Positions 10,778 through 21,852 of a stretch of 64,000 nucleotides of DNA are shown in pieces. The translations under genes were made by a program, and so were the position numbers. Within the stretch, counting starts at the first letter, position 1, and each line of letters opens with the position of its first letter. Below the pieces are notes generated by a model. That model was not told where the DNA came from. It ran no database searches and worked only from the letters and a program-made list of their open reading frames with translations. Location: contig NW_026926363.1 of the NCBI RefSeq assembly GCF_032062105.1, forward strand, positions 1-64,000. The letters are read 5' to 3'. The stretch comes from Saccostrea cucullata (lineage: Eukaryota).

Positions 10778-10821
10778 TTTTCCTAGTAGGGCTGATGTTT
10801 GGCCGACAACCTCAGCCCCTT

Positions 10822-12255
10822 CTAGTTTAAAGATTTTTTATTTTCTTCTGTACATGTAGGGTGAGGAAATGACCTTGCTTGGTTAGATCCACCCTTCGTC
10901 TGTGTCTGATAATTGTTCACCTTCTTCGTGGTTGACTTGAATTCTTTTTTATCCTTTGTCAAGGGACATGTTTTCCTTGTGTGCCCTTCCTCACCACAGC
11001 CATAACACACAAATGGTTGTTTGGATAAACTGTTTGTTGTTTTTTGGTCAACATAGTTCTTCATGTCTTTTTGTATATCACGCATGGTGCTGGTGATGGA
11101 TTCTGTTAATTCCCGTCCAAATTGGCACAGCCTGTCCTCTGTGATGAACGGTTTATTGCCAACTCTTTTGACTTCTGGAGTATTATATTCTTCCTCCACA
11201 GCTATTTGTCTGAGATGTTGTTTAGCTCTAATACCATTTTTGCATGAGAAATGCCAAGAGAGCAGATTTACAGCCTCCTGTAAGGTTTGTGGACGTTTAG
11301 TTAAGACATCATATGCAATAGATTGATCGTTGATTCCATTTAGCATGTGCTCGATGCTTAAACTTTTATAAATTTCAGTATTTTGCATTCCAGGGTATGC
11401 TTTGCTCATCTTAGCTTCAATCCTAGTAGAGTACTCTTGGAAGGATTCACCAGCCATCTTCTTGATTTGCTGAAGTTCTCTTCTATGCGTTTCCGGTAGT
11501 GTATGGTCACCAAATCTCCTGTTCATCGATTCAATTAGATACAACCATTCTGATCGGACTTCATGAGAAAGTTGTGTTACGAAGGTTAGAGCTTCGTCCT
11601 TCAAGCAGAAGATGATTTCTTCCCTCCTCCTCTCAATTGTCCATTTATATCTGTCTGCCAGCATCTCAAACTGCAGCAGGAAAGACTTCCAGTCTCCCTT
11701 CCCATTAAATATTGGGAGTCTTGGTTTTGGTTCCTCGCATCCACTCATGTTGGAGTTTGTACTTCCACTTTCATTGGGAATAGGCCAGCTAGGCTGAGGA
11801 TAAGTACTCCAACCTGGACGATTATTTGTGGTTTGAGGGGTCCATCGCATTTGATGATTTCCCTGGTTTGGTTGGATTACATTTGATGGATATGTAGCAT
11901 TTTGGGCATAACCACTGTGTCCTTGAGAATATCCACTATAGCCTTGAGGATGAGTGTAACGACCTAGATTGGGATACAAACCATTCTGACTTGACTGTTT
12001 ACTGCTGGCTATCTTCAATGCTTCCTCCAATTCTCCTATTTTGCGTCTCAGACTCTCTACCTCACCTTGATTTTCATTCCTGCATTCTTCATTGTCAATG
12101 CCCATCATGCTTGGAATCCTCCTTGGGCTGTGCACTGGGGAACACACATTTTCCACCACAGAAGATGATTGAACACCTTGATTCACAAACTCTACATCCC
12201 TATTTTCCCCCACTTTAAAACTAGGAGAACCTAATTTTCTATTTCTTAACATCAT
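10822..12255 (-). CDS. gag: Gypsy Gag, copy 2
   Basis: Protein identical to copy 1. Confidence 0.95.
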   Translation of the reverse strand: MMLRNRKLGSPSFKVGENRDVEFVNQGVQSSSVVENVCSPVHSPRRIPSMMGIDNEECRNENQGEVESLRRKIGELEEALKIASSKQSSQNGLYPNLGRYTHPQGYSGYSQGHSGYAQNATYPSNVIQPNQGNHQMRWTPQTTNNRPGWSTYPQPSWPIPNESGSTNSNMSGCEEPKPRLPIFNGKGDWKSFLLQFEMLADRYKWTIERRREEIIFCLKDEALTFVTQLSHEVRSEWLYLIESMNRRFGDHTLPETHRRELQQIKKMAGESFQEYSTRIEAKMSKAYPGMQNTEIYKSLSIEHMLNGINDQSIAYDVLTKRPQTLQEAVNLLSWHFSCKNGIRAKQHLRQIAVEEEYNTPEVKRVGNKPFITEDRLCQFGRELTESITSTMRDIQKDMKNYVDQKTTNSLSKQPFVCYGCGEEGHTRKTCPLTKDKKEFKSTTKKVNNYQTQTKGGSNQARSFPHPTCTEENKKSLN

Positions 12256-12369
12256 TTTCCTAAGTGAATTTTTTCAAACAATACTTTTTTTTTTTTTTTT
12301 TTCAAAAAACAATAAAATAAATACAAAAAATTATTTAAATTTAAATTTTTAACCGCTGCCACCAATTAT

Positions 12370-13201
12370 TGCGTTTGCTGAATTTGTTATTTAAATTCAA
12401 AAACGTTATAAAAGACACAAATATTATATCAATTAATATGAACTATTTATTTAGAACATAAAATATGAAATATAATATTTTCAGGTTTAAATTTAGATAT
12501 TTTCCTTTAAAAAAATATTGAACAATGTAATAAAAATCCCTATTCACTATAACATTCGTTAAAAATCCTTTCTATAATATTACAATATCATTTAAGTACT
12601 TAAAAACTAATAAAAAATACCTTTCAACAATAATAGATTGTCACCCTTAACGGCTGCCGTATCTCTATCTAGCACCAGACCCCGTATGTTATACAAACGT
12701 ATCTAGGTAACTAGGTCATAGCAATACCTACATATTTACAATGCACAACTTGTATCATTAAAACAGTAATAAAAATACGATACTATTTTATTTATTTTAA
12801 ATACATAAAATTACTACAAGTAAACAGTACTCGAGTCAAAGTACAGAATAAATACGAAATTCTTTATACAAATCATGTTCGATCGGGATCGGGATTGCAG
12901 TATGAAAACATGTGATTTCCCGGTAAAGTCAAAACATCTTTCTTCACAGTTTTGGATACAAGTTGTAGTTTTCCACAATAATAGACGTAATCTAATAGAC
13001 GTAATCATATGAATAGAGGTAATTAAGTATGTAAAAATGAATATGATTAACATCGAAATTAATAAATATAATATGCATTTATACAGTAATCATGCATCAA
13101 TACCAGTTCGAATTTCCTCGACATGTCACAACAAAGTATGAGACAAGAAATATCGCACATTGTAAACATGACAACGCAATTAACATTTCACATTTATCAC
13201 A
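12370..13201 (-). repeat. LTR shared between copies 2 and 3 (832 bp)
   Basis: Same sequence as 5805-6636, flanked by PBS and PPT. Confidence 0.93.
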
Positions 13202-13418
13202 CTTTCCCCCGCTTGGACTACATTTCGTCCTCGAAATGTGAACAAAAACATATATAAAAAATCTATCTCATGTTATGTGACAGCTAGACTCTAGCTCATT
13301 GTAGGATAAAAAAGTATTTTTATTTTTTTTTAAAAAATCTACATTCGTAGTGTACAAACATCATAAACTACAATAAAAAAAAATCCTCACACATAGTCAT
13401 AGTGGATATGTAGCTTAT

Positions 13419-16400
13419 TTACTTCATTTCATCTTTTACCTTTTCAACCCAGCTGGGTGTTTCAGCGCACACAAACGGCTTAAGTCTGTCATGATGTATG
13501 ACCTCTGTTTTATGTTTATTTCTTATTTTGTAGACCACTGGACCAAATTTTTCCGTTATCAGATAGGGGCCGGCCCATGGGGATTCAAATTTCTTGTGAT
13601 TTGGTTTCAATTTATACACAAGGCTTCCAACGGGCATGGTATTCTCACTGATGCGAGTGTCATCGTCTCTCTTTTGCCTCTCTGCTTGACTTTGTAAATT
13701 TTTCCGGGCTACATGATAAAGTTGCTCCATCTTCTCTCTCAGGTTTTCAGCATACTGGTCGGCGGTGTTTTTGTCATGGTCATTAGGCAAGGGATATAGG
13801 ATACTGATCGGAGTATTGACCTCCCTACCAAACATTAGCATGTTTGGGGAATATCCAGTACTTGGATGAGGTGTGCTTCTGTATGCTGCCATCAGAATGC
13901 TGAGATATTTATCCCATTCATGAATGTTAGTTTCGATAAAGCTTTTTATCATCTTCCCTAAAGTTTGATTGAACCTTTCAATCAGGCCATTAGAACTGGG
14001 TCTGTATGGGGTTGATCTAGTCTTTTTGATTTGGAGAAGGGAACAGACTTCTTTAAACAGATCACTCTCGAAATTAGATCCTTGATCCGTATGGATTTCC
14101 AATGGAGTTCCATAGCGTACAATAAATTCATGTACTAATTTTGAGGCAACAGTTTCTGCATTTTGGTTTGGAATAGGGTAAGTTTCCATCCATCTCGTGA
14201 AGTGGTCCCCTATAACGAGTATGAATTTGTTCTGTTTTTTCGATCTGGGTAAAGGTCCTATCACATCTATGCCTATCCTATCAAAGGGATAGCCAACACG
14301 ATAATCGCATAATTTTGCCCTTGGGGTCTTGTTGAGTTTCTTCCATCTACTGCAAGCTGGACATTGTCTGACATGGCTTTTTATGTCCTCTCCCATCCTG
14401 TACCAGTAGAAATAGTTCTGTACTTTCTGAATTGTTTTATTTACACCTTGGTGGGCGGAGAATAGGTCATCATGGCACATTTGAAGGATACTTTGCCTTA
14501 GCACTCTTGGAACTAAGAGTTGTTGAACCTCTCTTTGATCTGTAACAACTAATTTTCTGTAAAGAATTCCTTCCTGCGCAGTAATAGATCTCCAGGTTAG
14601 CCAAAAGTTCCGAACAGCTGGGCTAAATTGAGATACTTCATCCCGAGATGGTAGTTTCTTTTGTTCTAACCACTGATGAAGAATCTTTAGATCTGAATCT
14701 TGTTTCTGAAAGTCTATCATTTCTGTTGGTGTAAATTGCTGCATCCAGTTGCACGTTTGGTTCAGATTGATAACTCTTGTACTGAGAGGATTTCCATTTT
14801 TGCTGAGGTCAGTCACATTATCAATGTTTTCCTTGAAGTCCTGCCATTGTTCATTCGAGTTTTCACATTCCATACACTGTGGTTCTGTGTCATCATGAGA
14901 GCATTTTTCTGGAAGTCGAGACAACGAATCTGCATTCAGGTGTTTCTTGCCTTCTCGATGTTCTATTTTAAAGTGATACTGTGATAAAACCTCCAACCAG
15001 CGAGCTAATTGTCCTTGGGGGTCCTTAAAGTTGAAAATCCATCTCAAAGAACTATGGTCAGTTCTCAGGAGAAACTTCCTTCCAAGTAAATAATGTCGAA
15101 ACTGGTTGATGAAGGTAACCACTGCTAGTAACTCTCGTCGTGTTACATTATAGCGTTTTTGATGTTTATCGAGTTTCTTTGAGGCATATGCTATAACTTT
15201 TTCTTTGCCTTCTTTCATTTGCGACAGTACTGCTCCAATCCCATTATCCGAAGCATCTGTGTCTAATACAAAAGTTTCCGTAGAAGATGGGTATGATAAT
15301 ACTGGAGCATCACATAATGCTGCTTTCAGAGTATGGAAGGCTTCTTCACATTCTGGCGACCAAATGAATTTCTTGTCCTTCTGTGTCAAGCTGCTGAGTG
15401 GTGCTGCTATATCACTGAATTTGTATATGAACTGTCGGTAATAATTGCAGAGTCCAAGAAACTGTTGTATTTGTTTCACATTTTGTGGAATCTTCCAATT
15501 TTTAATGGATTCCGTAATCTTGGGGTTTGGTTTAATGCCCTCTTTCCCGACAATATGTCCTAGGTATAGTACTTCTGACTGGAAAAGTTCGCACTTCGAA
15601 GGTTTTAGTTTAAGACCTGCAGCTTGGAGTCTTTGAAGAACCTCATTCAACTGTTTAAAATGATCTTCCATATTCTGGCTAAAGATAATGATGTCATCCA
15701 GATATATCAATAGATGTTTCCACTGCATTCCTCTGAAGATTAATTCCATGCATCTTTGGAAAGTACTTGGTGCTGAACATAGACCAAAAGGCATCTTTGT
15801 ATATTCAAAGAGTCCGTATTTCGTGATAAAAGCTGATTTTTCTCTGTCTTTTTCCTCCAGGACAATCTGCCAATATCCACTTTGTAGGTCCATTGTAGAA
15901 AAGATTGAGGCACCTGCTAGACAATCTAGACACATGTCAATACGTGGTAGAGGATAGGCATCTTTACGGGTGCAGTCATTGAGTTTTCTGTAGTCAATGC
16001 ACCAGCGGACTGTTCCATCTTTTTTGCGAACTAATACCACTGGTGAGGCCCAAGCAGATTTGGAAGGTTTAATAATTCCATTACGTAGCTGTTCTTTTAA
16101 ATAGGTTTCTTCCTCTGCCTCAAATCCTTGAGGAGTCCTTCTAAGTGGTTGTCTGATGGGAGCTGATCCTGCCGTATCTATCTTATGAGTAATGACAGAA
16201 CAGGTACCAACATCTGTTTTGTTTTGAGCGAAAGCGTCCTTGTTAGTTAACAGTATCTGTGCCAGTTTGATCTTGTCTTCACTGCAATGAATTTTCCCAC
16301 AACTTTTTTCATACAAGTCTTTCAAATACTCGGGCAGCTGAGGAACATCGGCCTTGCTCCGCAGCAACCGTAGCACTGTATTTCCCGTATCATTCCAGTC

Positions 16401-17342
16401 GGTTGGAATTCTTGGGTGTTCACTATTGCCATCCACTGTCAGCTCATGCAATTTATTGCACTTATGCTTCACCATATCAGGCGTTAAGGGGTATCCACAA
16501 GAATCTAGGATCTCGGTACATTCTTGAACTGGATGTAATTCTCCTAAAAGTTGGTTTTTCTTCAGTTTTATAGGAAATTTGGAGGTGTTAACAACTCTCA
16601 CTGGAATCTTTGACCTGAAAGATTTGACTAGACAGCGGGCCACAATTACCTCTTGTGAATCTTCAAACACTGGTTCTATTGCAGAAAAACAGGTGTCAAT
16701 CAACTCAGGATTTTCACTTTTTCCAATTACCAATGCCTCAGAAGAAGGGGGTATGGTGATGGTCTCATCAACATGTAACCTTGAAACTTGATCCTGTTTG
16801 CGATCCACATAACATTCCACCCACTTGCCTTGAATTTCCAAACCACGTCGCGTATTAATGGTTACATCATGTTGATCTAGGAAGTCGCAACCAAGTAAAA
16901 GGTCATCTGCTATTGGAGCCACATACATTTCCCATGCATAGTTTTCCTCTCCTATTTCCATTTGGACTTCCGTTATTCCACTTGTCCTCATTTTCCTACC
17001 CGCCTCTGCTACCACTAAGCTTCTTGGAGCTTGTCGCAACTGCGGACGTTTCTCAACAGGAATTTCCTGAAACCTTCTCTCACTAATCACTGTCACCTCT
17101 GCTCCAGTGTCTACCACAGCATTCATCCTAATGCCCTCAATGGTAACGGGAGCTCGGATAGTTACGGCATGTACCCTATCAATGACAACCTCACTTTCCT
17201 CTGGTGCAGTATTAAGTATACAAGGTTCCTTCACCTGTTCAAAACTTACTTCCTTCGTGGTTTGTAAATTTGCTTTGATCACCGTGGATTCCTTCTCCTT
17301 TTGATTGATAATGGGGTTTTTCTCCATTTTACTCATTTCCAC
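13419..17342 (-). CDS. pol: Gypsy Pol, copy 3
   Basis: Same as copy 1 except VNPF>VKSF (16622-16623). Confidence 0.97.
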   Translation of the reverse strand: MEMSKMEKNPIINQKEKESTVIKANLQTTKEVSFEQVKEPCILNTAPEESEVVIDRVHAVTIRAPVTIEGIRMNAVVDTGAEVTVISERRFQEIPVEKRPQLRQAPRSLVVAEAGRKMRTSGITEVQMEIGEENYAWEMYVAPIADDLLLGCDFLDQHDVTINTRRGLEIQGKWVECYVDRKQDQVSRLHVDETITIPPSSEALVIGKSENPELIDTCFSAIEPVFEDSQEVIVARCLVKSFRSKIPVRVVNTSKFPIKLKKNQLLGELHPVQECTEILDSCGYPLTPDMVKHKCNKLHELTVDGNSEHPRIPTDWNDTGNTVLRLLRSKADVPQLPEYLKDLYEKSCGKIHCSEDKIKLAQILLTNKDAFAQNKTDVGTCSVITHKIDTAGSAPIRQPLRRTPQGFEAEEETYLKEQLRNGIIKPSKSAWASPVVLVRKKDGTVRWCIDYRKLNDCTRKDAYPLPRIDMCLDCLAGASIFSTMDLQSGYWQIVLEEKDREKSAFITKYGLFEYTKMPFGLCSAPSTFQRCMELIFRGMQWKHLLIYLDDIIIFSQNMEDHFKQLNEVLQRLQAAGLKLKPSKCELFQSEVLYLGHIVGKEGIKPNPKITESIKNWKIPQNVKQIQQFLGLCNYYRQFIYKFSDIAAPLSSLTQKDKKFIWSPECEEAFHTLKAALCDAPVLSYPSSTETFVLDTDASDNGIGAVLSQMKEGKEKVIAYASKKLDKHQKRYNVTRRELLAVVTFINQFRHYLLGRKFLLRTDHSSLRWIFNFKDPQGQLARWLEVLSQYHFKIEHREGKKHLNADSLSRLPEKCSHDDTEPQCMECENSNEQWQDFKENIDNVTDLSKNGNPLSTRVINLNQTCNWMQQFTPTEMIDFQKQDSDLKILHQWLEQKKLPSRDEVSQFSPAVRNFWLTWRSITAQEGILYRKLVVTDQREVQQLLVPRVLRQSILQMCHDDLFSAHQGVNKTIQKVQNYFYWYRMGEDIKSHVRQCPACSRWKKLNKTPRAKLCDYRVGYPFDRIGIDVIGPLPRSKKQNKFILVIGDHFTRWMETYPIPNQNAETVASKLVHEFIVRYGTPLEIHTDQGSNFESDLFKEVCSLLQIKKTRSTPYRPSSNGLIERFNQTLGKMIKSFIETNIHEWDKYLSILMAAYRSTPHPSTGYSPNMLMFGREVNTPISILYPLPNDHDKNTADQYAENLREKMEQLYHVARKNLQSQAERQKRDDDTRISENTMPVGSLVYKLKPNHKKFESPWAGPYLITEKFGPVVYKIRNKHKTEVIHHDRLKPFVCAETPSWVEKVKDEMK

Positions 17343-17386
17343 TTTTCCTAGTAGGGCTGATGTTTGGCCGACAACCTCAGCCCCTT

Positions 17387-18820
17387 CTAGTTTAAAGATT
17401 TTTTATTTTCTTCTGTACATGTAGGGTGAGGAAATGACCTTGCTTGGTTAGATCCACCCTTCGTCTGTGTCTGATAATTGTTCACCTTCTTCGTGGTTGA
17501 CTTGAATTCTTTTTTATCCTTTGTCAAGGGACATGTTTTCCTTGTGTGCCCTTCCTCACCACAGCCATAACATACAAATGGTTGTTTGGATAAACTGTTT
17601 GTTGTTTTTTGGTCAACATAGTTCTTCATGTCTTTTTGTATATCACGCATGGTGCTGGTGATGGATTCTGTTAATTCCCGTCCAAATTGGCACAGCCTGT
17701 CCTCTGTGATGAACGGTTTATTGCCAACTCTTTTGACTTCTGGAGTATTATATTCTTCCTCCACAGCTATTTGTCTGAGATGTTGTTTAGCTCTAATACC
17801 ATTTTTGCATGAGAAATGCCAAGAGAGCAGATTTACAGCCTCCTGTAAGGTTTGTGGACGTTTAGTTAAGACATCATATGCAATAGATTGATCGTTGATT
17901 CCATTTAGCATGTGCTCGATGCTTAAACTTTTATAAATTTCAGTATTTTGCATTCCAGGGTATGCTTTGCTCATCTTAGCTTCAATCCTAGTAGAGTACT
18001 CTTGGAAGGATTCACCAGCCATCTTCTTGATTTGCTGAAGTTCTCTTCTATGCGTTTCCGGTAGTGTATGGTCACCAAATCTCCTGTTCATCGATTCAAT
18101 TAGATACAACCATTCTGATCGGACTTCATGAGAAAGTTGTGTTACGAAGGTTAGAGCTTCGTCCTTCAAGCAGAAGATGATTTCTTCCCTCCTCCTCTCA
18201 ATTGTCCATTTATATCTGTCTGCCAGCATCTCAAACTGCAGCAGGAAAGACTTCCAGTCTCCCTTCCCATTAAATATTGGGAGTCTTGGTTTTGGTTCCT
18301 CGCATCCACTCATGTTGGAGTTTGTACTTCCACTTTCATTGGGAATAGGCCAGCTAGGCTGAGGATAAGTACTCCAACCTGGACGATTATTTGTGGTTTG
18401 AGGGGTCCATCGCATTTGATGATTTCCCTGGTTTGGTTGGATTACATTTGATGGATATGTAGCATTTTGGGCATAACCACTGTGTCCTTGAGAATATCCA
18501 CTATAGCCTTGAGGATGAGTGTAACGACCTAGATTGGGATACAAACCATTCTGACTTGACTGTTTACTGCTGGCTATCTTCAATGCTTCCTCCAATTCTC
18601 CTATTTTGCGTCTCAGACTCTCTACCTCACCTTGATTTTCATTCCTGCATTCTTCATTGTCAATGCCCATCATGCTTGGAATCCTCCTTGGGCTGTGCAC
18701 TGGGGAACACACATTTTCCACCACAGAAGATGATTGAACACCTTGATTCACAAACTCTACATCCCTATTTTCCCCCACTTTAAAACTAGGAGAACCTAAT
18801 TTTCTATTTCTTAACATCAT
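17387..18820 (-). CDS. gag: Gypsy Gag, copy 3
   Basis: Protein identical to copy 1, with one synonymous change at 17573. Confidence 0.95.
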   Translation of the reverse strand: MMLRNRKLGSPSFKVGENRDVEFVNQGVQSSSVVENVCSPVHSPRRIPSMMGIDNEECRNENQGEVESLRRKIGELEEALKIASSKQSSQNGLYPNLGRYTHPQGYSGYSQGHSGYAQNATYPSNVIQPNQGNHQMRWTPQTTNNRPGWSTYPQPSWPIPNESGSTNSNMSGCEEPKPRLPIFNGKGDWKSFLLQFEMLADRYKWTIERRREEIIFCLKDEALTFVTQLSHEVRSEWLYLIESMNRRFGDHTLPETHRRELQQIKKMAGESFQEYSTRIEAKMSKAYPGMQNTEIYKSLSIEHMLNGINDQSIAYDVLTKRPQTLQEAVNLLSWHFSCKNGIRAKQHLRQIAVEEEYNTPEVKRVGNKPFITEDRLCQFGRELTESITSTMRDIQKDMKNYVDQKTTNSLSKQPFVCYGCGEEGHTRKTCPLTKDKKEFKSTTKKVNNYQTQTKGGSNQARSFPHPTCTEENKKSLN

Positions 18821-18932
18821 TTTCCTAAGTGAATTTTTTCAAACAATACTTTTTTTTTTTTTTTTCAAAAAACAATAAAATAAATACAAAAAATTATTTA
18901 AATTTAAATTTTTAACCGCTGCCACCAATTAT

Positions 18933-19764
18933 TGCGTTTGCTGAATTTGTTATTTAAATTCAAAAACGTTATAAAAGACACACATATTATATCAATTAAT
19001 ATGAACTATTTATTTAGAACATAAAATATGAAATATAATATTTTCAGGTTTAAATTTAGATATTTTCCTTTAAAAAAATATTGAACAATGTAATAAAAAT
19101 CCCTATTCACTATAACATTCGTTAAAAATCCTTTCTATAATATTACAATATCATTTAAGTACTTAAAAACTAATAAAAAATACCTTTCAACAATAATAGA
19201 TTGTCACCCTTAACGGCTGCCGTATCTCTATCTAGCACCAGACCCCGTATGTTATACAAACGTATCTAGGTAACTAGGTCATAGCAATACCTACATATTT
19301 ACAATGCACAACTTGTATCATTAAAACAGTAATAAAAATACGATACTATTTTATTTATTTTAAATACATAAAATTACTACAAGTAAACAGTACTCGAGTC
19401 AAAGTACAGAATAAATACGAAATTCTTTATACAAATCATGTTCGATCGGGATCGGGATTGCAGTATGAAAACATGTGATTTCCCGGTAAAGTCAAAACAT
19501 CTTTCTTCACAGTTTTGGATACAAGTTGTAGTTTTCCACAATAATAGACGTAATCTAATAGACGTAATCATATGAATAGAGGTAATTAAGTATGTAAAAA
19601 TGAATATGATTAACATCGAAATTAATAAATATAATATGCATTTATACAGTAATCATGCATCAATACCAGTTCGAATTTCCTCGACATGTCACAACAAAGT
19701 ATGAGACAAGAAATATCGCACATTGTAAACATGACAACGCAATTAACATTTCACATTTATCACA
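18933..19764 (-). repeat. Outermost 5' LTR of the array (832 bp)
   Basis: LTR copy followed by unique flank (GCCTGTT...) instead of a PPT. One substitution seen at 18983. Confidence 0.94.
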
Positions 19765-20201
19765 GCCTGTTATATAGAAAAGTCCTCAGGTAGAGTAATT
19801 TTTTTTTTCAAATCATGACCACGGGGGTAAGGTAGGGCATTGACTGTCTGATCAAAGTTTTACAAGGAATCGTCTCCTCAAGATCAGAAATCAATTGGTA
19901 ATAGTAGTAATAGGCGCCTAGCTAGGAGGGTCAACTGAGTGCACTTTTTATGCAAATGGTCAGAAAGGCTGGATTCTGATTGGTTTAGCCACTTAGGGGG
20001 GATAGGCGGGTCAACTGAGTGCACTTGTAGCCCTGGGGGCTAGGCGGGTCAATTAAGTACAGCCCCAGGGTGGGGCTAGGTGGGTCAATTTCGTACAAGC
20101 CTTGGGGGGCTAGGTGGGTCAAGGCAGTAAAGCCCCTGGGTGGGGCTAGGGAGATCAACTACAAGTGTGGGGGGACTCCTCCTATAAACACTTAGACTTA
20201 A

Positions 20202-21143
20202 GGGGGCCGACTATAGTTTCCATTTCGCAATATTTCGCGCATCATAGTAAAATGAAGCGTATTTACTGTTTTAATGCAACTTTTTTCACTTGATTATTAA
20301 AATTAAACAAAATTAAGAAATTATAGGTATAAAAATGTAATTACAATTTGATATAACTAATTCTTTAACCGATTTTACATTTGATAGGTAGGTTGACGTC
20401 GTTGCAGTGTTTTTTTGACGTTATGATAATCTGTCGCTCTTAAAGAAAAGGGTAATAAAAAAATTATTTTAAAAAAAGTAATAAGCACACGCTCTTGAAA
20501 TTTAAAACATAGAAATTTGAGAATATCTCCAATATTTTTATTATGTTTTCATGTGAATCCATTGTATACATCATATTTTGTAATACTCTATAAAAATAGT
20601 AAAATTTGCTAATTTTTTTGCATTTTGAGATGCCCCTCTGGTAACAAGACGGTAGAATTTTGTGTTTCTTACATATATTGTATAATACAGTATTACTCAT
20701 CAAATATTATAGTTTGAACAAAATGTCTATTATAGTACAGTGGACCTTCAGATATCCGGACGCCAGATATCCGGATGCTTCAGTATCCGGACGATTTTTC
20801 ATCGGAACGAAATTCTAAAATGTAAGTCTGTCTTGTTTAACTGGTGATTCAGATATCCAGATGCTTCACATATCCGGACAAATTGACTGGGAACCAAAGC
20901 GTCCGGATAAATGAGGGTCCACTGTATTTGTATAATTTGCTTTAAAGTGCTAAAAATTGGCATTTTTCTATATAATCCTATTGTAAGTGTACCTGTATTT
21001 AAGACGGTCCCTCAAAAATACCTGGACGGTAGATTTCCCCCAAACTTTGCATGTACACTGAAGTTAATGTAAGTCATATATGGTATAAAAATGAAGAGTT
21101 TCGCTATTGTAGTTTTCACACAATAAAACTATAGTCGGCCCCC
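20202..21143. mobile_element. Non-autonomous Kolobok-like DNA transposon
   Basis: 18-bp perfect TIR GGGGGCCGACTATAGTTT with TTAA TSD (20198-20201 and 21144-21147). Purine-purine termini fit Kolobok rather than piggyBac. Confidence 0.8.
20738..20924. mobile_element. Tc1/mariner (pogo/Tigger-like) MITE
   Basis: TA TSD and ~26-bp imperfect TIR CAGTGGACC(T/C)TCA..TATCCGGACGC. Confidence 0.85.
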
Positions 21144-21349
21144 TTAAAAAGCCTTAGCCTTTGACAGGTAAATACGCTGCTACTACGATTTGGCAGCGAT
21201 TCAAGTATGTGATTATGACGTCACGTTTCATTCACAGCCAGTCAGCCAAGCCGAGATGCATTTTCTGAAAACGGAAAAAAAACAATAACACACAAGGCAA
21301 AACAATGTTAACATACAGAGTTTTTGTTCTTTTTCTTCTTCTTTGCCTT

Positions 21350-21607
21350 TTAGGTCTGGGGTAGTTTCCTCTTGTGGGTTCTGGGAATCTCTCTGCTGTG
21401 TTCCTGAGACTTTTTCTCAATTTTTTCTATTTCTTTCACTAACTGGTCTGTCTCCCTTCCTAGATGACTAATATCTTTCACCACTTCTTTGATATCATTG
21501 TGAATCACCTGCATTTCATTTAGGATACTGCATAGTAAACTTCTTTCATTTACGTCCATAAGAATTTGTGTTTCTGATACGGCCTCGTTTGCATTTTCTT
21601 CTGACAT
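21350..21607 (-). CDS. Small coiled-coil protein of unknown function inside the Polinton left end
   Basis: Intact 85-aa ATG ORF with heptad-like periodicity and a basic C-terminus, divergent from pPolB. Confidence 0.4.
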   Translation of the reverse strand: MSEENANEAVSETQILMDVNERSLLCSILNEMQVIHNDIKEVVKDISHLGRETDQLVKEIEKIEKKSQEHSREIPRTHKRKLPQT

Positions 21608-21782
21608 ATTTTACGTCTGTTTAGTTCCAAGTGCTTACGAAGAGTGATCATAGATTTCCAGCTCTGGTTTATAAACGGTTTGGGTTGTTAAGGGTCGTGT
21701 GCATAAATAAGTTTGACTTACGTTTTTATCGTACTGTATGCGATTTTGTACACAGTCTAGTCAGCGAGCTACCTATGCACTG

Positions 21783-21805
21783 TGACGTCATACACTGTAT
21801 AAATA
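21783..21805 (+). promoter_or_regulatory. Candidate pPolB promoter (CRE + TATA)
   Basis: TGACGTCA at 21783-21790 and TATAAATA at 21798-21805, ~50 bp upstream of the ATG at 21853. Confidence 0.45.
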
Positions 21806-21852
21806 CAGCTTTTCTCCGACTTTCAAATATTACATGCTCAACGACTATTGAA

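Larger units (their letters stand above)
1..19764 (-). mobile_element. Tandem array of at least 3 Ty3/Gypsy LTR retrotransposons sharing LTRs (continues left of the window)
   Basis: Sequence repeats with a period of 6563-6565 bp. Each unit reads LTR-PBS-gag-pol(PR-RT-RH-IN)-PPT on the minus strand. The outermost LTR starts TGTGATAAATG at 19764, where the repeat ends. Confidence 0.97.
19903..21290 (+). repeat. Polinton left TIR (interrupted by the 20202-21143 insertion)
   Basis: Matches the reverse complement of 45890-46224 on both sides of the insertion. Contains GGGCTAGGYGGGTCAA subrepeats. Confidence 0.88.

Noticed and set aside
362-18783. Many short plus-strand ORFs overlapping gag/pol
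   Set aside because: Antisense shadows of the coding strand with no motifs; they recur only because the unit is repeated.
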